A stretch of 64,000 bases of DNA. It comes from an uncultured Gemmatimonadales bacterium (GTDB lineage Bacteria; Gemmatimonadota; Gemmatimonadetes; Gemmatimonadales; GWC2-71-9). Shown here one piece after another: positions 1-12,780 of the stretch. The DNA is taken from assembly GCA_963748815.1 (NCBI GenBank), contig CAVVKJ010000011.1:45598-109597 (forward strand), read 5' to 3'. Made by a program: the position numbers and the translations under genes. The notes beneath the pieces were generated by a model. That model did not search any database. It was given only the letters and a program-made list of their open reading frames with translations, and had not been told where the DNA came from. The number at the start of each line of letters is the position of its first letter. Position 1 is the first letter of the stretch.

Positions 1-543
1 GCCGCTCCCGGCACCTCCGGACGCAATCGGGGCCAACAGGTCGCCCAGTCGCTCAATACCACCGGTCCCTACTCGGTGGTGCGGCACCCCCTCTACTTCG
101 CCAACGCCGTGATGTGGCTCGGGCCGGCCCTCTACCCCCAGCGCGCCTGGTTCGTCGCCGTCTTCGCCCTGGCGTTCTGGCTGTACTACGAGCGGATCAT
201 GTTCGCCGAGGAGGAGTTCCTCCGGGGCAAGTACGGGAAGGAGTTCACGGAGTGGGCAGCCCGCACCCCCGCCTTCCTGCCCCGGCTCCGACTCTGGCAA
301 CGCTCGCGGCATCCGTTCGGCCTCCGGATCGTCCTGCGTCGGGAATACACCGGGCTGCTCCTGCTGGTGGTGCTCTTCGCCGCGCTCGATTCACTCCACT
401 TCTGGGCCGCCGCACGGGAATGGGAAATCGAAAGCTTCTGGGAATGGAGCCTCATCCTCGGCGCGGCCCTGGCGATGGGCCTGCGCATGCTGCGCCGGCA
501 CTCGACGCTCCTCGAAGACCGGCCCTCGAAGGCGAAGAGCTGA
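1..543 (+). CDS. Isoprenylcysteine carboxylmethyltransferase / phospholipid methyltransferase family membrane protein (LmtA-like), 5'-truncated by window edge
   Basis: Frame open from base 1: PGTSGRN..QVAQSLNTTGPYSVVRHPLYFAN...EEEFLRGKYGKEFTEWAARTPAFLP, the ICMT/PEMT signature. Confidence 0.75.
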   Translation, partial: AAPGTSGRNRGQQVAQSLNTTGPYSVVRHPLYFANAVMWLGPALYPQRAWFVAVFALAFWLYYERIMFAEEEFLRGKYGKEFTEWAARTPAFLPRLRLWQRSRHPFGLRIVLRREYTGLLLLVVLFAALDSLHFWAAAREWEIESFWEWSLILGAALAMGLRMLRRHSTLLEDRPSKAKS

Positions 544-547
544 CCCC

Positions 548-585
548 GAAACGAAAGGGCCGGCCCGACAGAGTCGGACCGGCCC
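548..585 (-). terminator. Intrinsic terminator after cspA
   Basis: Minus strand GGGCCGGTCCGAC-TCT-GTCGGGCCGGCCC followed by TTTCGTTT. Confidence 0.65.
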
Positions 586-623
586 AGGCTCGGTAGCCGG
601 CGACGCCGGCGTCCCCTCTCGAC

Positions 624-833
624 TTACTTGAGCTTGACGACGTTCTCGGCCGCGGGCCCCTTGGCGCCCTGGACGATGTCGAATTCAACCCGCTCGCCTT
701 CGGCAAGCGACTTGAAGCCCTGGCCCGAGATGGCCGAGTGGTGGACGAAGCAGTCCTTCTGGCCGCCTTCGGGGGTGATGAAACCGAAGCCCTTGGCGTC
801 GTTGAACCACTTCACGGTGCCGGTCGTACGCAT
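624..833 (-). CDS. cspA: Cold-shock protein (CspA family), 69 aa
   Basis: [19 protein letters not shown] (RNP1)...CFVHHS (RNP2)...[18 protein letters not shown] upstream of ATG at 833. Confidence 0.97.
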   Translation of the reverse strand: MRTTGTVKWFNDAKGFGFITPEGGQKDCFVHHSAISGQGFKSLAEGERVEFDIVQGAKGPAAENVVKLK

Positions 834-944
834 GCGGTACTCCTGATGGTGTGGTGTAATCGGAGTCCGGGCATGCCGTCCTGGCCGACTACGGTTGTTC
901 CGGGCACACCGCCGGACGGCGGGGACCCATGCGGACCGGGAACC

Positions 945-1052
945 AAAAAAGGGCACCGCGAATGCGAGCCCTTGAGTGAAACCCGGCACTAATCCACGCC
1001 GAAAGACGTGTTTCCGCAGAGCCAAGCTAAGACACGCCCGCTGAACGCACAA
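945..1052 (-). promoter_or_regulatory. Putative cspA sigma70 promoter and leader terminator/attenuator
   Basis: Minus strand TTGTGC-17nt-TAGCTT (1052-1024); hairpin GGGCTCGC-ATTC-GCGGTGCCC-TTTTTT at 971-945. Confidence 0.5.
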
Positions 1053-1104
1053 GACCGGAAATCGACCATACCGAATAAATCCCGAATCGAGGCAATATTG
1101 CCGG

Positions 1105-1805
1105 ATGCCTGACATCGGCCACGCCCTCGCCTACTACGCCGTCTTCCTGGTGTCCGTCACCGTGCACGAGGCGGCCCACGCCTGGGCGGCCCTGCTCGGC
1201 GGAGACAAGACCGCCTACCACGGGGGACAGGTCACCCTCGACCCCCGTCCCCATATCCGGCGGGAACCGATGGGGTTGCTCTGGATTCCCCTCATCAGCG
1301 CCCTGATTTCCGGCTGGCCGATCGGGTTCGCCAGCGCGCCCTATGATCCCGCCTGGGCCCGCCGGTACCCGAAGCGCGCCGCCTGGATGGCGCTCGCCGG
1401 CCCGGCCTCCAACCTGCTCCTCGTCCTCCTGGCCTTCGCCGCCCTTCGGATCGGGGCGAACGCGGGCCTCTTCTTCCCGCCCGAGCGCGCCGGCTTCGAC
1501 CGCCTCGCCGCGACCGACGCCGGCGCCACCTGGTCGGCGATCGTCTTCGTCCTGAGCGTGGTGCTTTCGCTCAACCTCCTGCTGGCCGTCCTCAACCTCT
1601 TTCCCTTCCCGCCCCTCGACGGGAGCGGGGTGGTCCCGCTCTTCCTGGGCGACCGCGCCACCGTGAAGTACCAGGACTTCATCTGGCACAACCGCGGCCT
1701 CGGCATCATCGGCATCCTCATCGCCTGGCAGCTCTTCAGCTACGTGTTCGACCCGGTGTTCCGCTTGACCCTCAATCTTCTCTACCCCGGAGCGGGGTAC
1801 CACTG

Positions 1806-1806
<1 letters not shown>
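1105..1806 (+). CDS. Site-2 protease (peptidase M50)
   Basis: HEAAH zinc motif, [17 protein letters not shown]. Confidence 0.93.
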
Positions 1807-3864
<2,058 letters not shown>

Positions 3865-3962
3865 GTCGGGTATGTCCGGCAGGACCGTGTACCGCACGCT
3901 ATATTCCCAGAGTACGTCCCATTTCTCTGGCCGCCCTCGACGGGCGGAAGGCGCGGTTCCCG

Positions 3963-5060
3963 ATGTCCACAATTCGAGTCACCTTTCCCAGCCGCGACGC
4001 TGCGTCGTTCTCGGATGACGTGAAGGCGCGGGTCTCCGACTACTTCACCTCCCGCGGCCTCTCCGACAAGGCCGACTGGCGCATGGTCCTGAAGGGGCTG
4101 ATCCTGCTCGCGGTCACCTTTGTCCCCTACGGATTGATTCTCAGCAACAACTTCGGCCCCTGGACCATGCTCGGCCTGGCGGTGGTGATGGGCGTGGGCG
4201 TGGCCGGCATCGGCTTCAGCATCTCGCACGACGCCCTGCACGGCGCCTACTCGAACAACGCCACGGTCAACCGTGTCATCGGCTGGTCGTTCGACATCTG
4301 CGGCGCCAACGGGTACATGTGGAAGGTCACGCACAACGTGATCCACCACACCTACACCAACATCGAGGGACTCGACGAGGACCTCACCGTCTCGCCCCTC
4401 CTCCGGCTCTCGCCGCACACCGAGTGGAAGCCGATCCACCGCTTCCAGCACCTCTACGGTTTCCTGGCCTACAGCTTCTCGACACTCTTCTGGGTGTTCG
4501 TGAAGGACTACAAGTACTTCCTCCAGAAGGACATCGGACCGTTCCTCGACCGGAAGAATCCGCGGAAGGAAGTCGCCGGACTCTTCATCGGGAAGGCGAT
4601 CTACTACAGCTGGGCCATCCTCATCCCGTTCTTCGTGGTGAACGTGCCGTGGTGGCAGTTCGTCATCGGCTTCGTGGTGATGAACCTCGTGGCCGGCACC
4701 ATCCTCGGCGTGGTGTTCCAGCTGGCGCACGTCGTGGAGGACATCACCTACCCGACGCCCGACGCGGCCGGGGCCATGGGCTCGGCCTGGATGCAGCACG
4801 AGATGGAGACGACCTCCGACTTCGGCCCGAAGAACTGGCTGCTCTGCTGGTATGTCGGCGGACTCAACTTCCAGGTGGAACACCACCTCTTCCCGAAGGT
4901 GTGCAGCATTCACTATCCCGCCATCAGCGAGATCGTGAAGCAGACCGCCCTGGCGCACGGCCTGCCGTACAACCAGCACGCCACACTGCGCGAGGCGGTC
5001 GCGTCGCACTACAAGTCGCTCAAGCGTCTCAGCCTCGAACCGCTGGCCGCCGCCGCCTGA
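3963..5060 (+). CDS. Acyl-CoA / fatty acid desaturase
   Basis: Three His boxes HDALH, HNVIHH, QVEHH plus TM segments; ATG at 3963. Confidence 0.92.
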   Translation: MSTIRVTFPSRDAASFSDDVKARVSDYFTSRGLSDKADWRMVLKGLILLAVTFVPYGLILSNNFGPWTMLGLAVVMGVGVAGIGFSISHDALHGAYSNNATVNRVIGWSFDICGANGYMWKVTHNVIHHTYTNIEGLDEDLTVSPLLRLSPHTEWKPIHRFQHLYGFLAYSFSTLFWVFVKDYKYFLQKDIGPFLDRKNPRKEVAGLFIGKAIYYSWAILIPFFVVNVPWWQFVIGFVVMNLVAGTILGVVFQLAHVVEDITYPTPDAAGAMGSAWMQHEMETTSDFGPKNWLLCWYVGGLNFQVEHHLFPKVCSIHYPAISEIVKQTALAHGLPYNQHATLREAVASHYKSLKRLSLEPLAAAA

Positions 5061-5076
5061 CGGGCGCCCGATCGGC

Positions 5077-5595
5077 GTGAGACGGTTCTGGTACTGGCGG
5101 TGGCGGCTCCTCGGCCGGGAACCGGCGGCCTGCCTCGGATGCGGCGGGCCGCTGACGCAACAGGCGGTGGCGTGGTGCCACGCCGCCGCCGGCCAGGTGG
5201 AACTTTCCCTGCAGGGACTTCCCTTCCGCGTCTGCGGCAACGGCTGCACCGACCGGCGGCAACCGCGGGCCGGATTCGTCGCCGAACTCGAGGCGGCACT
5301 TCTCGACGGCGGCCACATCCCGATGGCCCACCCGACCGGACAGGCGGGAGCCCTCAGCTGCTACGCCTGCGCCAACCGGGTCTGGCAACCGGACAGCGGC
5401 AGCGGCGAGGTGCACGGCACCCTCCCCTTCCCCGGCCTTCCCGCCATGAACGCCACTGTGCGCGGCCCGGTCCGGACCTGCAACGGGTGCGGGCGGATGC
5501 AGCTGCTCCCCTCGGAGAGCATCCGCGCCGATCTCATCGCGGCGCTGGCCGAGGCGATCGAGGCCGCCGGCGTGCGGTCCAGCTTCCGCAAGTAA
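5077..5595 (+). CDS. Hypothetical protein with tandem zinc-ribbon-like repeats
   Basis: CLGC...CGNGC and CYAC...CNGC pairs; fills gap between desaturase and nitroreductase. Confidence 0.6.
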   Translation: MRRFWYWRWRLLGREPAACLGCGGPLTQQAVAWCHAAAGQVELSLQGLPFRVCGNGCTDRRQPRAGFVAELEAALLDGGHIPMAHPTGQAGALSCYACANRVWQPDSGSGEVHGTLPFPGLPAMNATVRGPVRTCNGCGRMQLLPSESIRADLIAALAEAIEAAGVRSSFRK

Positions 5596-6213
5596 TCAGC
5601 GCCGCATCAGCACCCGCTCCACCGAGTGCCGAGGCGACTCGAATCCCTCCTCGGCGGGGTACCCCACCGCCACCAGCGCCGGCACCCGGGCGTATTCGGG
5701 CAGTCCGAGCACCGACTTCACCTTGTCCGGGTCGAAGCCGAGCATCGGCGAGGTGCCGAGTCCCATGCTCTCGGCGATCAGCAGCAGGTACCCCAGCGCG
5801 ATGTAACTCTGTTCCGCCCCCCACTCCTCCCGCTCCGCATTCGACTTGGCGCCCAGGGTGCCAAGGAGATGCGCCTTGGTGCCGGCGGCCTTGTCGGCCG
5901 GCAGCGTCGCGGCAAAGGTTTCCTCGATGGTGTCGAGGGCGTCGCGTGTGTCGGTGTACAGCACCAGCAACACCGGCGCGGCGCCGACCTGCGCCTGGCC
6001 GTAGGCCGCGGCCTGCAGTTCGTCCTTGAGTTGCTGGTCGCGGACCGCCACCCAGCGCCAGGGCTGGACGTTGAACGCCGAAGGGGCCTGACCGGCGCTT
6101 CCAACCAGGTGCGCGAGTTCGGCGTCGGGGACTGGGGCATCGGTGTACCGCCGAATGGAGCGGCGCGATTCGGCGGCGTCGACGACGGCCTGCGCGAGCG
6201 GGGTGGTAATCAT
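5596..6213 (-). CDS. Nitroreductase family protein
   Basis: RRSIRRY, APSAFNVQPWRWV, GLGTSPMLGFD; AAGGAG RBS before ATG 6213. Confidence 0.93.
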   Translation of the reverse strand: MITTPLAQAVVDAAESRRSIRRYTDAPVPDAELAHLVGSAGQAPSAFNVQPWRWVAVRDQQLKDELQAAAYGQAQVGAAPVLLVLYTDTRDALDTIEETFAATLPADKAAGTKAHLLGTLGAKSNAEREEWGAEQSYIALGYLLLIAESMGLGTSPMLGFDPDKVKSVLGLPEYARVPALVAVGYPAEEGFESPRHSVERVLMRR

Positions 6214-6232
6214 ATCTGTGTGCTCCTTATTA

Positions 6233-6246
6233 ATGTGATAACACAT
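6233..6246. promoter_or_regulatory. Putative MarR operator 1
   Basis: ATGTG-ATAA-CACAT inverted repeat upstream of nitroreductase; matches site at 6776. Confidence 0.65.
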
Positions 6247-6284
6247 ATTGATTTCAAACAAAGCCCCGGAACCCGGGGCCAGGC

Positions 6285-6764
6285 CTACGCGGAGTTCCGC
6301 GGCATCAACCGACGCACCTCGTCCAGGACGGAAATCAGCTGCCGCAGGCGGGCGGCCGAGATGGTGCCCACTTCGCGTTCCTCGATTTGCCTGAGTGGCA
6401 CGGCCGCCTGCTCCAGCACCGCGAGGCCACGCGAGGTGATGGTGGAGGTCACCACGCGCCGGTCGTCGGTGTCCCGCGCCCGCGCCACGAACCCCATCTT
6501 CTCGAGTCGATCGAGCAGCCGCGTGGTGTCGGCCACCGGCGCCACGAGACGGGCCTGGACCTCGCAACGCGGCAGCCCGGCCGGGCCGGCCCCGCGCAGG
6601 ATCCGAAGCACGTTGTACTGCGTTGGTGTGATCCCAAGCGGACGAAGCAACTCGGCGAGGCGCAGGTCCAGCAACGCCGCCGTGCGCTTGATGCTCACCA
6701 CCGCCTCCTGCACCGGGGAGGGGAAAGGCCTGGTCTGCTTCAGTTCCCTTGCGAGTTGGCTCAT
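6285..6764 (-). CDS. MarR family transcriptional regulator
   Basis: GITPTQYNVLRILRG...TRLLDRLEKMGFVARARDTDDRR. Confidence 0.93.
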   Translation of the reverse strand: MSQLARELKQTRPFPSPVQEAVVSIKRTAALLDLRLAELLRPLGITPTQYNVLRILRGAGPAGLPRCEVQARLVAPVADTTRLLDRLEKMGFVARARDTDDRRVVTSTITSRGLAVLEQAAVPLRQIEEREVGTISAARLRQLISVLDEVRRLMPRNSA

Positions 6765-6775
6765 GGGTGAATATT

Positions 6776-6789
6776 ATGTGTTGTCACAC
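6776..6789. promoter_or_regulatory. Putative MarR operator 2 (marR/pirin divergent region)
   Basis: ATGTGTTGTCACAC, 12/14 identical to reverse complement of site 1. Confidence 0.65.
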
Positions 6790-6829
6790 TAAATGTCAAG
6801 TGTCGTATCTGATACGGAGGATATCCCCG

Positions 6830-7727
6830 ATGCCACATCCCGCCACGGCGGCCAGCCGCCCCACCGCCGGCATTCTCCCCGGCGTCGCCACCCCGGAAGG
6901 GGAGGGGATCACCGTCTACCGGCCCTTCCCTTCCGCTGCCGCCCGCGAAATCGATCCCTTCCTCCTCCTCGACCGCCTGGGCCCGGTGACGATCGCTCCC
7001 GGCGCCGGCGCCGGCGTCCCCCCGCACCCGCATGCCGGGTTCGAGGTGGTGAGCTACATCCTCCAGGGCGGGCTGGAGCACCGCGACTCGGCGGGCCACC
7101 ACGGCCGCCTCGGCGCCGGCGACGTGCAGTGGATGACCGCCGGGTCCGGCATCGTCCACTCCGAGATGCCTGCCGAGGACCTCCGCGCCCGCGGTGGAAC
7201 GCTCGAGGCCATCCAGCTCTGGATCAATCTCCCCGCCCGCGACAAGCAGATGCCGCCGCGCTACGGCGACGTGCCGGCGGCGAACATCCCCGTGGCGACC
7301 TCGGCCGACGGCCTCGCCACCGTGCGTGTCATCGCCGGCGAGGCGCTCGGCGCCAGCGCCACTCTCCCGCTCCGCACCGCCATCACCTACCTGCACTGGA
7401 CGCTGGAGCCGGGCGCCGTCGTCACCCAAGCCGTTGCCCGACGGCACCGAGGCCCTGGCCTATGTGCTCGACGGCGGGGCGCGTTTCGGCAGTGATGCCG
7501 CCAGAGCGGGACGGGATGAACTGGTTCGGTTCGCCGGGGAGAACGGTCCCGTCACCGTCCGCGTGCCGACAGACGGCGCGCGCACCGAGGTGCTCCTGCT
7601 GGCCGGCCCGCCGACCGGCGAGCCCGTCGCGCGCTCGGGGCCGTTCGTCATGAACACGATGGCGGAGATTCGGGAGGTGATCGGGAGGTACCGAGGGGGC
7701 GCGCTGGGGGACATTCCGTCGGATTGA
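6830..7727 (+). CDS. Pirin family protein, frameshift near 7435
   Basis: DPFLLLD, HPHAGFE, WMTAGSGIVHSE, QLWINLP; C-terminus GPFVMNT in ORF 7194..7727. Confidence 0.9.
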
Positions 7728-7736
7728 GGTGGCGCG

Positions 7737-8372
7737 CTACGCGCCGGGCCGACTCCGGAGCCGGAGGAGGTGCTTGAGCCGGGTGTGATCCTCCCGCTCC
7801 CGTTCCTCGAGCAGCGCGCGAACCCGGTGGATCTCACCGGCGAGTCCGGGGGCGACGCGGTTCTCCAGCGTGTTGACCTGGCGTGACGTGCGGCGGAGCG
7901 CCTCCGCCAGTCGGCGCAGCAGCAACTCGGTGGACGCCGCGTCGAGCAGGAGTTCCACCATCTGTTCAAACTCGTTCGCCGCCGTCGCCGCGGCCGGCCC
8001 GGTCAGCGGCGCCGCCTGTCCCCGGGCGTCAAGCGTCCGGCGGAGTGGCGTCAGTCGCTGCACCGCCCCGCTCGCCACCCCCCACGATTCCATGACCGTC
8101 AATTCCACCTCGACCTGTCGCGTCGGCCACCCCATCGCGTCCAGACCGGCGGCACCGTGGATGGCGGCCGCGCCGAGGAGGGCCGGGTAGGCGCGCGCCG
8201 CGCTCGCCTCCACCCGGCCCCGCGCCTCGATGGCGGGCGTGGCCACCTTGAAGAGGTCGGCCACCAGCGCCTGTCGCTTCCGGGTAAGCAGGTCGATACC
8301 CTTGCGCACCCGCTCGAGCCGGCGGCGATGCCGGATCAGGTTCGACCTGGTCGGGGGACCGAGGACTTTCAC
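7737..8372 (-). CDS. atpD: V/A-type ATP synthase subunit D
   Basis: PTRSNL...GIDLLTRKRQAL...TSRQVNTLE...LEEREREDHTRLK; GTG start overlaps subunit B stop. Confidence 0.92.
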   Translation of the reverse strand: MKVLGPPTRSNLIRHRRRLERVRKGIDLLTRKRQALVADLFKVATPAIEARGRVEASAARAYPALLGAAAIHGAAGLDAMGWPTRQVEVELTVMESWGVASGAVQRLTPLRRTLDARGQAAPLTGPAAATAANEFEQMVELLLDAASTELLLRRLAEALRRTSRQVNTLENRVAPGLAGEIHRVRALLEEREREDHTRLKHLLRLRSRPGA

Positions 8373-9751
8373 GTGGCCCCCTCGCGCCCTGCCCGCCGCG
8401 CCCACGCCTCCTCCGGAATTCGGTGGAGGTCCTCGCGGGGGAGCGTCTCCAGCAGGGTCCATCCGATTTCGAGCGTTTCCGCGATGGTGCGGCGCGCCCC
8501 ACCCTGGTCGATGAATTCCTTCTCGAACCGCTCCGTGAACTCCAGCGCCCGGCGATCGGCGGGGGGCAGTCCCGACTCGCCGACGATGGCCGCGGTGAGC
8601 CGCGCCTCGCGCCCCTGGGCATAGACGGCATAGAGCTGGTCCGACCAGCGGCGGTGATCGGGCGCGGTGCCCGCCCCGATTCCGGCCCCCATCAACCGCG
8701 AGAGGGACGGCAGCACGTCGATCGGCGGGAAGACACCGCGCCGGTCGAGTTCACGGCTCAGCACGATCTGTCCCTCGGTGATGTACCCGGTCAGGTCGGG
8801 AATCGGGTGCGTGATGTCGTCGTCCGGCATGGAGAGGATAGGGAGCTGCGTGATCGAGCCCGCCGAGCCGCGCACCACGCCGGCGCGCTCGAAGATGGAG
8901 GCGAGGTCGGTATACATGTAGCCCGGATAGCCGCGGCGGCCGGGAATCTCCTCGCGCGCGGCGCCGAGTTCGCGCAGCGCCTCGCAGTAGTTGGTGGCGT
9001 CGGCCAGGACGACCAGCACCTGCATTCCGCGCTCGAAGGCGAGGTACTCCGCCTGCGCCAGCGCGAGCCGGGGCGCCAGCAGCCGCTCGATGGTGGGATC
9101 GCCGGTCCGGTTGAGATAGAACACGCTCCGGGCGAGCGCTTCGCTCGACTCGAACCGCCGCAGGAAGTGTTGGGTTTCCCGCTGCGTCAATCCGATCGCG
9201 ACGAAGATGACGGCAAACGGTTCACCGTGCGTGGTCCGCGCATCGGCCACGACGCGCGCCGCCAGCTCCAGGCCCGGGAGTCCGGCGCCGGAGAAGATCG
9301 GGAGCTTCTGCCCGCGCACCAGCGTGTTCATCCCGTCGATGGCGGAGATGCCGGTCTCAATGAAGTCGGCGGGCTTGCGGCGGCAGACCGGGTTGAGGGG
9401 CGCCGCCCACGCCGCGCGGCGCGCCGAGCCCACCGGCGCCGGCAGTCCGTCGAGCGGCGCACCGGAGCCGGCAAAGACCCGGCCCAGCAACTCCTCGCCC
9501 ACCACCGCGCGCGCCATGTCGCCGGTGAGAGTGACGGCGGTGCCGGCCGGCGCCAGCCCCACCGTGTCCTCGAACACCTGCACCACCGTGGCGCCGCGGC
9601 TGACGTCGATGACCTGGCCACGCCGGGCCGGTTGTCCCGGCGCGGCGATGCGCACCCACTCGCCCAGGACGGCGCGGTGCGCGTTCGACACGGTGAGCAG
9701 CGGGCCGGCGGCCGCGTCGGCGCCGGCGTAGGTGCGGGGGGTGCCGCTCAC
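8369..9751 (-). CDS. atpB: V/A-type ATP synthase subunit B
   Basis: [48 protein letters not shown]. Confidence 0.97.
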   Translation of the reverse strand: MSGTPRTYAGADAAAGPLLTVSNAHRAVLGEWVRIAAPGQPARRGQVIDVSRGATVVQVFEDTVGLAPAGTAVTLTGDMARAVVGEELLGRVFAGSGAPLDGLPAPVGSARRAAWAAPLNPVCRRKPADFIETGISAIDGMNTLVRGQKLPIFSGAGLPGLELAARVVADARTTHGEPFAVIFVAIGLTQRETQHFLRRFESSEALARSVFYLNRTGDPTIERLLAPRLALAQAEYLAFERGMQVLVVLADATNYCEALRELGAAREEIPGRRGYPGYMYTDLASIFERAGVVRGSAGSITQLPILSMPDDDITHPIPDLTGYITEGQIVLSRELDRRGVFPPIDVLPSLSRLMGAGIGAGTAPDHRRWSDQLYAVYAQGREARLTAAIVGESGLPPADRRALEFTERFEKEFIDQGGARRTIAETLEIGWTLLETLPREDLHRIPEEAWARRAGREGAT

Positions 9752-11436
9752 GGTGTCGCTCCTTCCGGCGAGGCCCGCAGCGCCACCAGGGCCCGGCGGA
9801 CTTCGGTGACGTCGATGGCCGCCATCGTCCCGCCGGCCGAGAGCGCCTCGGCGCCGCCGCGGTGAAAGCGGTGGATCGTGTCCGCGAGCCGCCAGGTCTT
9901 CGTCACCGGCGAGCTCGCGTCCGCGGGGTCATAGGCGCTCTGGCCGATGAGGAACTCGCGCAGCAGCCGCGCCGTCTCGAGAATCAACCGGTCCTGGTCC
10001 TCCAGCGCGTCCGGCCCGACGAGCCCGGCCACCTCCCGAAGCTCCCGGTCCCGCTGCAAGAGCGCGAAGGTCTCGCGCCGAAGCGTGGTCCACTCGGCGC
10101 CGCCGTGCTCCTCGAACCAGGGCATCACGTCAGCGGCCTGCAGGCTGTAGCTGGTTTCCCAGTCCACGGCGGGAAACTGCCGCTGGTGGGCCAGCGAGGC
10201 ATCGAGCGCCCACAGGGCGCCCGCCACCCGCAGCGCGGCCTGCGTCACCGGCTCGGAAAAGTCGCCGCCCGGCGGCGAGAGGGCGTTGATGAGAGTGACG
10301 GCACCTTCGCGCTTGCCGGCGCCCAGCGCCTGCGCCCGCCCCGCCCGTTCGAAGAGCTTGCCGAGTCGGTTGCCGAGCGACGTGGGATACCCTTCCTCTC
10401 CGGGCATTTCGCGGAGCAGCGACCCGATTTCCCGAAGCGCCTCCGCCCACCGGCTGAGCGAGTCGGCCATCATCGCCACGCGGTACCCCATGTCGCGGTA
10501 GTACTCCGCGATGGTGAGCCCGAGGTAGACCGACGCCTCACGGGCCGCCACCGGCATGTTGGAGGTGTTCACCACGAGGACGGTCCGGTCCATCAGCGAG
10601 CGGCCGGTGCGCGGGTCCTCCAGCGAGGGAAACTCCTCGAGCACGTCGGCCATCTCGTTGCCGCGCTCGCCGCAGCCCACATACACCACGATGTCGGCCA
10701 TGGCGTACTTGGCCAGGGACTGCTCGATGACCGTCTTCCCGGTGCCGAATCCGCCCGGCACCGCGACCGATCCGCCCTCCGCCACCGGAAAGAGGAAATC
10801 GAAGACCCGCTGGCCGGTGATGAACGGCCGGTCGGCGGGGAGCCATCGTTCCACGGGCCGGGGGACGCGCACCGGCCACCGCTGCATCAGGGTCAGGACG
10901 GTTCCGTCCGCCAGCCGCCCGATCGGCTCGTCCACCGCGTACACCCCGGCCGCGAGTTCGGCGAGCACGCCCTCCAACGTCGGCGGCAGGAGCACCCGGT
11001 GCGTGACACCCGCGTTCTCCTCGACGGTGCCGAGTTCGTCGCCTGCGCCCACCCGGTCCCCCACCTTCGCAGACGGGGTGAAGGCCCAGCGGCGGGACCG
11101 GTCGAGGGTCGGCGCGACGGTGCCAGTGGAGAGAAAGTTCCCTTCCTGATCGGCGAGCCGGCTCAACGGTCGCCCGGTGCCGTCGAGCACCGAGCCGAGG
11201 AGCCCGGGGCCGAGTTCCGCCTGGAGCGGCGCGCCGGTGGCCTCCACCGGCTCCTCGAGCGCCAGGCCGGTGGTGTCTTCAAACACCTGCGCCGTGGCGG
11301 TCTCACCCTGGATGCGGATGACCTCGCCGAGCAGCCGTCGGTGCCCGACCCGCACGATTTCGTAGAGCGCCGCCTGTGGCAACGGGGCCACCTCGACCAG
11401 CGCGCCGGCAGCGCGCACGACACGGGCGCCGATCAC
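9748..11436 (-). CDS. atpA: V/A-type ATP synthase catalytic subunit A
   Basis: P-loop [46 protein letters not shown] start overlaps subunit F stop. Confidence 0.97.
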   Translation of the reverse strand: MIGARVVRAAGALVEVAPLPQAALYEIVRVGHRRLLGEVIRIQGETATAQVFEDTTGLALEEPVEATGAPLQAELGPGLLGSVLDGTGRPLSRLADQEGNFLSTGTVAPTLDRSRRWAFTPSAKVGDRVGAGDELGTVEENAGVTHRVLLPPTLEGVLAELAAGVYAVDEPIGRLADGTVLTLMQRWPVRVPRPVERWLPADRPFITGQRVFDFLFPVAEGGSVAVPGGFGTGKTVIEQSLAKYAMADIVVYVGCGERGNEMADVLEEFPSLEDPRTGRSLMDRTVLVVNTSNMPVAAREASVYLGLTIAEYYRDMGYRVAMMADSLSRWAEALREIGSLLREMPGEEGYPTSLGNRLGKLFERAGRAQALGAGKREGAVTLINALSPPGGDFSEPVTQAALRVAGALWALDASLAHQRQFPAVDWETSYSLQAADVMPWFEEHGGAEWTTLRRETFALLQRDRELREVAGLVGPDALEDQDRLILETARLLREFLIGQSAYDPADASSPVTKTWRLADTIHRFHRGGAEALSAGGTMAAIDVTEVRRALVALRASPEGATP

Positions 11437-11759
11437 CGGAGCCTCACGCGATAGCCGATGGCCCGGCGAAGGAGTTCGACCACCTGCTCTTCGGCCGACG
11501 CCGTGGCGCGCCACGCCGGCCCCGGAAAGGGCACCACGATCGGCTGGGCCACCCGATCGACCGTCGTCCGCAGGTCCGGCGCGAGCGTGTCGTAGAGCGA
11601 CTCCTCGAGGAGCACCACCCCGACTTCAGGTCGCTGCAGCAGCGCGCGCAGCATGGTGTCCGCCACGCTCTCGTCGTCGGTCATGTCGGCGGCGAGCCCC
11701 GCGAGCCCGAACCCGGCCGCGGTAGTGGGTCGACAGAGCACACGCACGCCGTGGGTCAT
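11433..11759 (-). CDS. atpF: V/A-type ATP synthase subunit F
   Basis: GFGLAG motif, PIVVPFP, LLRRAIG; position between C and A. Confidence 0.88.
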   Translation of the reverse strand: MTHGVRVLCRPTTAAGFGLAGLAADMTDDESVADTMLRALLQRPEVGVVLLEESLYDTLAPDLRTTVDRVAQPIVVPFPGPAWRATASAEEQVVELLRRAIGYRVRLR

Positions 11760-12778
11760 GCGGCCTCCGGCATCAGCGAGGCAAGCGTGGACGCCGGTGC
11801 GCCGAACGCCGCCCCCCAGGCGATGGCGCGCAGGGCACGCGCTTCGGCACGAATCCGCTCGAGGACGGCGAGCACCAGCGCCGGTCCCAGCGGATCGCGC
11901 CGCGCGAGCGAGCGCAGCCAGACGATGCGCGCCGCCGCCGCGCGGGACTCGACGGCGGGCCAGTCCACCGGCGCTTGCGCGAGAGCGGAGCCGAGTGCGG
12001 TGCCCTCGAAGAGATGGCCCAACTCCGCCACCACCCGGTCGCCATCGCGCTCCCCCCGGAGGCGGCTGAACTGGTCACGCGTCAGCAGCGCGCCGCCCGC
12101 CAGGAAGGCCTCGTCACCCGCCTCGCCGGGAATCGGGGGTGCCGCCAGCAACAGGGTCCAGACGTTCTCCTGGTCCACCAGTTCGGCCGCGAAGCGGCGC
12201 ACGACCGGTCCGCCGGCGCGGGCGGCCCGGACGGCGCGCGCACTGAAGAGCCGGGCGAGTCCCCATTCGAGATCGCGCAGCCCGGGTGACGGAGTCCGTC
12301 GCAACATCTCCTCGAGCACCCGACCGGCGGGGTGTCCGGCCCGCACGAGGTCGCGCGCCAAGTCGGGTACAGAGGCCGCGCGCGCCAACCGCTCGAGTGT
12401 GCGCGGCGGAAGGGCCGGCGTCGGGGTCGCCGCCCGGAGCCGTGCGCCGGGCGAGGCGCCCTGCGCGGCCCCGCGCAACAGCGCCCGGACGGTCCGGCGC
12501 TCCTCGTCCTCCAGCACGACGGCCAGCACGGCGCCGCGCCCGGCGAGCCATCGGCCGAGGAGGTTGAGCCGGTCGGCCGCCAGCAGGGTCACGGCGCGGT
12601 CGAACGCCGGCGGATCGACCACGGCGCCCAACCCCGGGTCGAGGGGATACCCGAGTGCCGAGAGTCGCGAAAGGAAGGCGGGCCAGTCGGGAGCGGAGGC
12701 GAGCGTCGCCAGCGCGTCCCGGTCGAGCAGGTGGGTGGCGAGGCCGCGGGCGCGGGCGTTCACGTCGTCCCAGCGCAT
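11756..12778 (-). CDS. atpC: V/A-type ATP synthase subunit C (d/AC39-like)
   Basis: N-terminal VNARARG, C-terminal EARALRAIAWG; 340 aa; operon position. Confidence 0.85.
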   Translation of the reverse strand: MRWDDVNARARGLATHLLDRDALATLASAPDWPAFLSRLSALGYPLDPGLGAVVDPPAFDRAVTLLAADRLNLLGRWLAGRGAVLAVVLEDEERRTVRALLRGAAQGASPGARLRAATPTPALPPRTLERLARAASVPDLARDLVRAGHPAGRVLEEMLRRTPSPGLRDLEWGLARLFSARAVRAARAGGPVVRRFAAELVDQENVWTLLLAAPPIPGEAGDEAFLAGGALLTRDQFSRLRGERDGDRVVAELGHLFEGTALGSALAQAPVDWPAVESRAAAARIVWLRSLARRDPLGPALVLAVLERIRAEARALRAIAWGAAFGAPASTLASLMPEAA

Positions 12779-12780
12779 GC

